Below, piece by piece: positions 53,639 through 64,000 of a stretch of DNA of 64,000 nucleotides; within the stretch, counting starts at the first letter, position 1, and every line of letters begins with the position of its first letter. The notes under the pieces were generated by a model. It made no database searches. It was given only the letters and a program-made list of their open reading frames with translations, and was not told the DNA's origin. Origin of the DNA: Octopus vulgaris (lineage: Eukaryota); assembly GCA_951406725.2 (NCBI GenBank), contig OX597823.1, positions 76,012,001-76,076,000 on the forward strand, given 5' to 3'. The position numbers and the translations under genes are program-made.

Positions 53639-55840
53639 GTGCGTGAATTTATTTTACATGAATTTATGGGTGGACAGATTAATAGAGAGATAGCTCACTA
53701 GATAGATTACTGCTGGTGTATGGAAGGGCCACGAATATTTCTAAGAAAGATTACTTGTGCACTATCCTAGACTCACAGTCCTTCTTCTTAAAATTTGGCG
53801 TCTAAATCCACTTTCGCAGATACTGAATGTGACTGGACGTCGTCACCGGCAAATTAAGCTAAAGGCTGCGGGAGAATTTTCGCCATGTTATAGTACATCT
53901 GCTTGTTCATAGTTCTACACACTATGCATTAGTAATTATAGCTTTTACTAGAAGGAAAAGAAAGAGCATCCAATGAAACTGAAAAACTTCTCCAATGCAC
54001 AGTAGATATGTCAGCATACATGATATTTGGCTGTAGAGTACACGCTTCAATTTAATTTAGATAGTCTGTTGCATTATTATATGGCAAATCATTTTGTATG
54101 AAGTCATCGAATAGATAAACTGGGGGAAAGCCATTTTTTTAATGACTCGTATTTATCAGCCTTTTCTTTATTCTTCGTCTCTTTGAACACGTTCTACTGT
54201 GAATCAAACTTCTGGCAAATGTCTATCATGAGTATGAATGCAGTAAACAGCTCAATATTAATTTGCAACGAGAAAATTTGTCAAAGGGTATATCTCCTAA
54301 AGAAAACAAATAATCAGACATACAATGAAGAAACAGGCCAATGAACATATTCAAGTATGCCATCCGATTTAAGAGAACAAAACAGCGACCCAAAGTACCT
54401 CAGAATTGACTTAATAATGAAGTGTTAGAAGTCGGCTAAAAATAATGTGAACTCTTTCAACAATTTTCGTTGTACGAGCATTTCTGTTTTGGTTTGATTG
54501 TTGTTCTAAGTGCTCTGACGTCAATTTCAACCGAAATTCTTATATTATGACGAGCATTTACCATTTGAATCTTAACAGTGGTCGGTTTCTCAACATTAAG
54601 GATCTGAAGTTCAAAGCAAAAGCATCTCAGCTGAACTTTGGCTTGGAGTCAGTGTGTCAGAATGCGAAACGTTTCATCGAGCGGATTTTGAAGGTCCTGC
54701 CCCAATTACTTTAGAATGTGAATCCCTACATTAATATCTTCTTTAAATTGTTAAACTTGTTTCATATTACTGTAACATTATTTGTAAGCAACTCGGGCAG
54801 TCAAAGCGGTTTATCCAATGTGCAGAAATGCTCAAGATTCTTCTGTGGATTTACATAATGGAGAATAGACTGTATACATAGATATATTGGTATTATCTAT
54901 AGCCTTCATAATACAGTTTTTCTCTTAAATTACCTCTACATCTTAGCCACATTTCTTCAAAAAAGCAACTGCACATACAGTAATCAGTCTTGATATTACG
55001 CCTTCATTTTATTGAACTTTTTTCAAGCATTTCTACCCACAAGCATTAGTTTTACGTGGTATTTTCCTTAAAATAGGAATGTCTTTCTTATTTTTTTTCA
55101 ATTTCCGGGAGATGAAGCTGTGGGATGGCATTCTTTAAAAAACATTATCGGAACTAGATTTAGTGCAATTTGAGAAGAGCGATTTCTCCACTTGCTTATA
55201 CTGAAAACAACCTTGGAAAATACCTTGGCTGCTCAGGCTGTCTGAATTTGAAGCTTCATCAGGCGTGCAGATGCTGTATAAATGGCGCCCCCGATTGAAT
55301 ACACCTACCTAAAGCTTCGTAGCCATGAACGAATCCGAAATATTGTCTTCTTCTTCATCGAGAGTCTGGTTATAACCCTTGTCTTACCCATTATAGTTTT
55401 CCTTTATGCACCCGCTGTGTGGCCTTTCGTCATGTATACGTACTGGAAGGATATCAGATTACCATAGTAGAGGCTGTTATTTTGTCTCCCGATTGTCATG
55501 GTGGTTTTAGACATCGATGTGATCAGGATTAAAGACGTACCCATATATCCCTGATATTCGCCTGATTCCAATTAGTGAAACCTTCTGAATTTACATTTTA
55601 CATTTGACGACCTAACCTTCGAGCATGTGCACTCACATTGATTTATTGAAGTCGGATGAGTGCTGTTTTAGGGGCGAGACATATCTAGTTTATTCTTAGA
55701 CATCTCAATATTAGCTCAAATATTGACTTTATTGTGAATGGGAAGGTCTGCTTTATTTACGTTTCCATCCTATTTTTAAGGAAAGCAATATACAAATGCA
55801 TTCATTGATTAGTAGTACAAACATCACGGTGGAAGCTGTA

Positions 55841-55890
55841 CATCACTGATGAGGACAAAACAGGAACAAAATATACCGAAATATATATTC
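55841..55890 (+). ncRNA. Hammerhead-like motif with intact core boxes
   Basis: ctgatga|gg...cc|gaaat atat att; palindromic aatatatatt. Stem I partner is not adjacent. Confidence 0.4.
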
Positions 55891-57404
55891 CGTTCTTTCC
55901 GAAGGTGTGAAAATAATATTTATTGATTAATAATATTTGTGTGTTCATCATAATAATTTCTAGTATTTTGGGTTTTTTTTTTGTTTATGCTCTCTGCATT
56001 ATATATGTTAACAATAACCTAACTATCCATTTCACCTCTAAGTATAAAAAAATAGACTGCTCTTAAATTTTGTTGGCGTAGATAAAATTCAACTCATAAT
56101 TGACTCTGTTTCATTCCACTGCATGTCGCAGTATTTCTCGCTTTCTCATTCTATCACTGTCTCGAATAAAATATTTCTCTCTCTAATATCATCGTCCTTT
56201 ATTGTGCATTTCGTGCATCATTAATCGCCTTAGTTACTAATATCCAGATATTAATGCTAGTTATTAACGTCCATATGATGATTTTATGGATATATCAGTG
56301 AGTATTTGAAGGATTAAGTTCAATATTGAAAACCACAAATTACATTTTTTTTAAATTTTATAATTTATGTATTATGCTTCAATAGTAATTAAATCGTTAA
56401 GTTCCGTTAAACAGAATTTCAGAAATAAATAAATGCAAGCCTACAGAGAGGTAAGAATTATCTGGTTTTATTAAAAATTACAACTGTATATAAAAGTGAT
56501 ATAAACATATGTATATAAACATATGTATATATATAAATAACTCTGTGTATGTTTACACAAGCAATGAGTGCGTAGATACCAAAGAGAAGAAGTAATGAGT
56601 ATATTCAATAATGAGATTAGAGACATATATTTCAACGACAAAACCTTATATTTTTAAGTATTTTGCTACTGTCGAATTTTGGGTGACGAATCGACACACA
56701 AGAATTATAATACACATTTACTTTATACTGGAAATGCTTGGGTATCCTAACAAGAGCTCACCAGGTTAAACAAAGAAAAAAGATTTTATTGGTACGTAAT
56801 ATTACCGTTATGGAACAAAATACAGATAAAATGCCATAATGAAAATCAATGTATGTAAATGAAATTATCGGGTTTTTAATTTTACGTCAAATCCATATTT
56901 GCCCCAAATTATTGAGCTTTTCGTTTCGTCGCAGAGATATTAAAAGTGTAATCATCCATATAGGGGTATGTAATTGAAATGTACCTGGACTATACTCGGG
57001 GTAGGAAAAATGCACTTTGCAATCATCAATAAATGGACAAGGTTCAGTGAATGTTGCTTGGAATGTCTCACCAATATGATCACTAACATAAAGATACACA
57101 GACACAAACAGAGAGAGAGAGGAGATTGTTTAGGGGGTCGTAAATAAACAAATAACGGTTGTGAAGCAATGGTGGAGACAAACGGAAACACAAATATGCA
57201 TAGGTGTATACATATACATGGAAAATATACATACATACATACACACACACACATAAATATGCATATATATATATATACAGTACGAAGAAAAGTGGGTTGC
57301 AAATTATATATGTACACACATACACACACACATATGCACACCCTATTCTTGCCTTCACTCCTCCATTTCTCTCTTGCCCACTTGCTTCTATTTCTAGCTT
57401 GTCT

Positions 57405-57950
57405 GCAATGTCCGGGGAATATGGTGGGCGGGGTATCGTTTCCCATTCAAACTGCTCCAGGCTTTGAAATGTCATCCTCGCTGTATGTGGCCGGGCATTG
57501 TCTTGATGGAAGAACATTTTTTCTCTTGAAACCAAAGGTGGTCGTTTTTCTTCTAGCGCAGGTGTCGATGAATGGCTGAATGACCAAATCCAAGCTTCAC
57601 TGCTACTTCCTCAACAGTTACGATGGGATTTTATTCCACCAGGGCTTGCAAGACCTCGTCGAGCTCTACAGATCTTCCAAGGTGAAGTTCGTCTTCTAAG
57701 GCTGTAGTTTCCGGTTCGGAAATTCTCGAACCACCGTTGACAGTGGCTTACGCTTATTGTACAAACTTCATATACTGCATTAATATTCCTCGCATTTTCC
57801 GTTACGCTGTTGCTTTTATTGAACACATAAAGCAAAATATGCTGAATGTGCTCCATTGTCACTTCCAGTATAGCTTTGAAAAGATAACAGTTAAAATCGA
57901 ACTGCATACCTCAATACGTGCACCAAGAATAAGTACATGATAAAATTACT
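57405..57950 (-). mobile_element. Internally deleted mariner transposase remnant
   Basis: MEHIQHILLYVFNK...CQRWFENFRTGNYSL and FFHQDNARPHTA...WETIPRPPYSPDIA. Confidence 0.88.
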
Positions 57951-58559
57951 AAGGACGAATTAAATTAAGCTGGCGTGTGTGGAAATAAACCCTTACGGCA
58001 GGGATACAAGTTTTCACATACATACATACATACATACATACATTCATACATGTATGTATGTATATATACATCCATGGTCACAGACACGCACACACATACA
58101 CACATACACGCAAACACACACGCGCAACTCACATACACGCACGCAGACACACACTCACACATTTAGCACATAGTTGCTCATTTATTTTACTGCAATTCAT
58201 TTTTAACAGGATAAATTATCTGAAAATTGTTCTTCTACATGGATATACATAATATCAGAATCGGTCAATAACCCATAAAATTACAACGCCATCAATGTTA
58301 GGATCAAAATCAAATTAGAAATTATTTACTGAAAAATCATAATTGATAATCAAATGATAATTTATTATTTCTTTCCCCGATATTCAACTGTTCATGCATA
58401 TCTAGGCTACATCATGTATATATAGTCAGAATATGTCGCTAATATTCTTACCAGGGTGGTGGATGAGGAAGTCTTTAGAGGGGTATTTAGTTTTGTCCTC
58501 TCACGTTTTAATTTCGTAGTGTGTTAAGGTCAAATTTTTAGACTCATCATTTTTCTTTA

Positions 58560-58756
58560 TCTTTTACTTGTTTCCATCATAAAAATGCGGTCATCCTGGG
58601 GCACAGCATGGAAGGATTTTAGTCGAACAAATCGATTTCAGTTGATCTTTTCTTTAAAGCTTTGCACTAAATTACGGGCACCTAAACACACCACCACCGG
58701 TTGTCAAGTAGAGTGGGGAGACAAACACAATCAGACTCACACACACACACACACAC

Positions 58757-58808
<52 letters not shown>

Positions 58809-58974
58809 AGGGTGAGAAAGTAGATATTAATTTAATTAACATCGATTTCACATCAGTGGTCTAGCATAAAAAAACTGAATGTTCAGTAAAATTATATTAT
58901 ATATATATATATATATATATTAGAGGGAAGCCATATGCTATTTCTAGCATATGGGTGATCACATAGTGGTTTCC

Positions 58975-59023
<49 letters not shown>

Positions 59024-59173
59024 AATATCCGATCTACCATCTACCAAATCCGTTCAAAAGGATTTGGTCGGCCCGAGGCTATAGTAGAACACACCTGCCC
59101 AAGGTGTCACGCAATGGGACTGAACGCAGAAACATATGGTTGGGAAGGAAACTTCTTACCACACAGCCACGCC
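58560..59173 (-). mobile_element. SINE family A, degraded, with two short inserts in its internal (TA)n
   Basis: The tail at 58560-58740 and head at 59035-59173 match family A. Non-SINE blocks 58803-58895 and 58921-58979 lie between (TA)n tracts. Confidence 0.8.
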
Positions 59174-59896
59174 ATTGTCAATTAACTGAATCCCAGCTAA
59201 TAAATACAGTTGATTTTCATAATCTATATTTTCCTCGCAGATCTGATGCCCTATGACTATATTACAATTGTATTCATTTCCTAGTCATTATTGTCGAGGC
59301 ATAGTTTAGACCTGAACCGATTGGTTCAGTAAACATTAGGAGTGATAATCACTACAATGAATTGCATCCAACTAAAATGGATTATACACTTCCTTTACTT
59401 CCGTTATGGCAATAATTCAATGGAATTTCAAGAGCTGGTTACTAGATTTGTAACATAAGAAGGTTAATTGCATTCCATTTATAGAGTATCTGTAAAGGAA
59501 GGCGTATGGCTGAGTTGTTAGAGCATCGGACTCGCAATCGTGAGCTAATGAGTTCAAAACTTAACCAGTTCTAACATTTTATTCTATCAAAACCAAATCA
59601 TGCTAAATTAATAAAACCTAATCCTTCCCAACATTTTTTATTATCTCACTTATACCGAAAATATCCCTCATTACCTTCCCTTGTTTGGAATTCTCTTACA
59701 TCACTCCATAGCGAAGAGATGACACAATATCGGTAAAGAAATCTGAGAAATTTGTTAGGAAAATACGAAACCGGTTAGTTGTCCAAAAACAATATCACTA
59801 CACACAAAATTTTATAACATTTTCCTAACATGAGGATTTCAATATATCCTTTAACCATATAATACAAGTCTTCCGTAGTTTTTTCATTCTATTTTG

Positions 59897-59899
<3 letters not shown>

Positions 59900-59940
<41 letters not shown>

Positions 59941-60070
59941 GGCGGGCTTCTTTTAGTTTCTACCCATTATATACACTTAGAAATTTTGGTTCATCCGTGG
60001 CTAGAATTGAAGTTACATGCCCAAAATTTCAAGCAGTGAGATTGAACCCGGATTCCTGCGGTTGGGAAAC
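59900..60070 (-). mobile_element. SINE family A, degraded 5' half
   Basis: acggcgggcttcttttagtttc...tgcccaaa...gattgaacccgg. Confidence 0.65.
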
Positions 60071-60723
60071 AACATAAACGCACTAATGCCGACACACTCA
60101 CTCACAAACACGCACAAACACGCACATACATACACACGCACATGCATTTAAATGTGTGCGTCTGCATGTGTGATAGTGTGTGCGTGTGTGTATATTCTAA
60201 TTTTGCAATACCAGTCAAATTATGTGAATGATTGATGAAAGGTTGATTTTCTTCTGTCTTAAGAGGTCAATGCGTGCCAGAAGATGATCGTCAGCTCTAA
60301 AACGCATATCTAATTGCATACGTGTTTGAATATTAATGCAAATTAAATTCCTCAATTATTTTTCTTCGTTCAATTTAGATCCGGCAAATTTAACACAGCG
60401 GAAGAAACAACCACTCACACCATATCTATGTATCTATTTATCTATCTATCTATATATTTATCTATCTATTTGCCTACATGTCTGTTTTTCTGTCTGTATT
60501 CCTGTCCGATATATAATAGACGTATTCGAAAATATAATTCCTTGTTCGAAAACATAAGGACACAGATCTTGTGTCATAGCGAGCTGGAGACGACGTTTCG
60601 TGAGGCTAAACAGCAGTAATATTCGTCCCAGACAGGACAGGCACATAGGTTGACAAATAAGCGTTACTATATATATACCTATTAAGGTAGAAGCTTTGCT
60701 AAACATACATATATATGGCATGC

Positions 60724-60788
<65 letters not shown>

Positions 60789-60851
60789 TATAGATATATA
60801 TATATATATAGACATATGTATATACGTATATATATACATATATACATACAT

Positions 60852-60902
<51 letters not shown>

Positions 60903-61029
60903 CACACACATATATATATATATATATGTATATATATACACATACACATATATATGTATGTATTTTGTATGTATGTATGTATGTATGTATGCATGTATTT
61001 ATGTATGTATGTATGTATGTATGCATACA

Positions 61030-61145
61030 TATGACGGGGGTTTTGTCTGCCAAATTCACTCACAAGCCTTTAATAGTTGTTTCGTTCCAGTTTCCACTCA
61101 GCGGAACTGAAACCGACACAGGCTGGGAATCAAACCTCATAACCA
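61030..61145 (-). mobile_element. SINE family A, degraded fragment
   Basis: atgacgggg...ccaaattcactcacaagcctt...ggaactgaaacc. Confidence 0.55.
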
Positions 61146-62345
61146 CACACACACACACACATACAGATACACGCACACACCCACATACGTACACACTCAT
61201 AGACACATACTCGTACAAACACGCAGATGGATACTTAAACATAAAACTTTTTGTTAATATTTCCTTATATGATTTTAAATTATGTATTCGTCCGTACACT
61301 TTTTATTTGTTTGGACATTTGAATTCAGGAGACGTCTAATACTCAATCAGTATTTTACAGTTTTGCCTAGAGTCCTGTCAACTCAGCTGAGCCTGAGAGT
61401 TTTCTTCGTTTAACCGGAATGAAGTATTTATCTGCAATAGACAGGTATCCCCTGTGGTACTTATGTTAAAGACAGAAAATCTTCCTCTATCCATTTTTTC
61501 CCAGAATTTGTAAAATAGTTTGTCCTCTGTTTAGCGCCCCCTAGTACAGAATAACAGCTACATTTGTTTGTTTGTTTTTTTTGAGCTCGTACGGCTTTTG
61601 GCTGTTGCAAAATTAAGAATTGAAAGTTCTCTATTTAAATGCGTGTATTACAAAGCTTCTTTGTTTTACTTTCCTCTCCTTCTTAATAATACTCTTGGTG
61701 TGAAATACAGTTTTTGATATATGCCTCGTCATTCATTTTGTCTTCGATTCTCTTTAAGTTTATTCCCGCAAATTTGTTTTTTTTTTGTTTTTTATTTTAT
61801 TTTACTGATACAAGAAGAATGTGGTTATTAACATAGATATATAGTTTAATTTCACAGACGTTGATTAGGTCAAAGCACAGAAGCAGATCTGGTATTTTAT
61901 TTCTGTGTTGATATATCGAAGGGTGAAAGATCAGATATTTGTAATTCATTCAATGATTTTGATAAATATCACAAAAATATGCTGTTTTACTCACATCAGT
62001 ACCTCTCTGTGGACGTAGAAACACGTTCACAGCTACTAATTAAACGTCAAGTTAGCTGAAAATCATTTCTACATGAATCCGTCAAAAGTACGTCTTTAAA
62101 GGATATGAGTCAGCTTTGATATATACTTGGTGTTCTTGCTGAAGTAATTGTCAGGTAAAATTAATTATTAGCAACAGAAGCAGTATTAACATCAAAAGGT
62201 AATATTTATCCTTACCTAAAATTGAATGTTTTGCTAGAACATAGTTACTATGACAGAAAATCTTGTGCTGGCTATCAGTCTATATAAGTAATTTCTTTAC
62301 ATCGCTAGCTGGGCGATAAATTACACGCCATCTTAACAGCCGTGA

Positions 62346-62391
62346 CTACCAGATGATGGAGTTTCACCCTTTCTGGACTTTTCAGTGGTAG
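62346..62391 (-). ncRNA. Minimal hammerhead-ribozyme-like motif
   Basis: Minus strand: ctacca|ctgaaaa|gtcc agaaa gggt|gaaac tccatc atc|tggtag; perfect 6-bp stem I. Confidence 0.55.
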
Positions 62392-62544
62392 ACGCTCAGA
62401 CGATATAGATAGCAGTGATGTCTCCGCTAGGGATATGCATAGAATCTCAGTGCCTAAACAGGCACCGGTATCGCGAATACCCAGCGTCCATTATATGTGA
62501 GTGTGTGTGTGCGTGCGTGTAAAGAGGGAAAGAGAGAAGCACAT

Positions 62545-62596
62545 AGATAAATAAATAAATGGATAGATAGAGAGAGAGAGAGAGACAGACAGACAC

Positions 62597-62669
<73 letters not shown>

Positions 62670-62680
62670 TAGACAGATAT

Positions 62681-62737
<57 letters not shown>

Positions 62738-62892
62738 AACAGATAGATAGAAAGATGGATGGACAAACTGACGGACAAACAGACAGACAGATAGATACAT
62801 AAATACATACATACCTACCTACCTACATACATACATACATACATACATACATACATACATACATACATACATACATACATACATACATAGAT
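62545..62892. repeat. Compound (GATA)/(GACA)/(CATA)n microsatellite
   Basis: Directly visible. Confidence 0.97.
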
Positions 62893-63048
62893 GCTGAATA
62901 ATCTAAAGTATGGTAGGAAACTCGTTGTGTTTTGCTTCTTCGATATAACCTTCACCACCGAAAGCAAAAGGAGGAGAAAATACACAAAATTGATTTGTAA
63001 CATATATATGGATATATATATATATATATATATAATTCTCTTTCTCTT

Positions 63049-63082
<34 letters not shown>

Positions 63083-63154
63083 TGTATGTATGTATGTATG
63101 TATGTATGTTTGTATATATGTATATATACATACATACATATATATATATATATA

Positions 63155-64000
63155 ATGTTCGTCCTACGAGTTTGAAGATGACCATTGACGTCATTTGGTG
63201 GAATCGCTGCTACGAGACCAGAGGTGACTGGTGAGGCCAATCCGGGCAAGAAAGCTCCTTCCACAGGTGAGGCAGAAGTGGGTAGGGGCTGTGCTATTGT
63301 TGCAGGTGGCTCTGGCTTTCCGCATCTGGCGTTTCTGTTCTGCTGACTGAATCCGTCTCTCCTCGGCTGCAGTTGCTCCTGTGTTGATTGCTAGGATGAG
63401 CGGTCGGCAGCAAGTGTCTCCCAAGTCTCTGTGCTGATGGAGAAGTCTTTGAGAGAGACTTTGAGACTGTCCTTGAAGCGCTTCTTCTGCCCTCCGACTT
63501 TGCGTTTGCCCTGGCTGAGTTCACCGTAGAAAAGCTGCTTTGCGATGCGAGTGTCGGACATGCGGGAGACGTGGCCTGCTCATCTCAGCTGGGCCTTGAG
63601 AAAGTGAGCACCTTTGTTCGTTTTCTTTCTTTGTTTCGACCGCTTGGAAAGTATCCCCGCCAGCCGCGGTTTGCTGACCAGGGTGAGGTGAGGCTGGCTA
63701 TGTTTAGGGCAACCTTTTCTAGCCCCGTCCTCATGCTGCGGAGGCGAGCAGAGCGATCCTGAAGAGGGCTGCTCGGTCTCTCAGGTGGCTGCCGGACTCC
63801 ACTGCTGCCTCAGTTCAGTGAGGGGTGACCACATATCCTGAGCCGCCTGTGTGTGGGTTCACGACTGTAGCTCCCAGTGTATCCTCACCTGCTACTTCGC
63901 CGTTTCCCCATCACCACAGGACTTTGTGATGTTGGTGTCATCATGTCATGACGTGCGCGTGACTTGGATTATAGTGAGGGTGACTTGCGCAGGATCAGCC
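63155..64000 (-). mobile_element. RTE-clade LINE derivative with a large internal deletion
   Basis: C-terminal RTE motifs [46 protein letters not shown] and the C2H2 finger CLTCGRSFLARIGLTSH are joined near 63602 to GC-rich 5' sequence ending SGRNKERKRTKVLTF. Confidence 0.88.

Overview
AT-rich eukaryotic DNA saturated with microsatellites, with no recognisable host protein-coding gene. The SINE families and (TA)n/(GATA)n density suggest an octopod cephalopod intergenic or intronic region (inference, not checked). Almost all ORFs in the track are microsatellite artefacts. Interpretable content is mobile DNA. The largest piece is a near-full-length but disabled L1/Tx1-clade LINE (27666-33355) sitting inside a (TATC)n tract. 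There are also remnants of Penelope (GIY-YIG), CR1, R4/Dong-type RLE and RTE retroelements, several mariner/maT relics, two MITEs, a Helitron-like duplicated segment, at least three tRNA-derived SINE families and a 32-bp minisatellite. Three signals stand out. (1) At least seven minimal type-I hammerhead-ribozyme-like motifs occur in short elements, several of which run into microsatellites. Two carry a compensatory U3:A8 core, and twice a + copy and a - copy converge on the same microsatellite. (2) One SINE has a 3' tail matching the 3' end of the Tx1-like LINE, and both sit in microsatellites. (3) The dominant SINE has a tail resembling the 3' end of the CR1 remnant.
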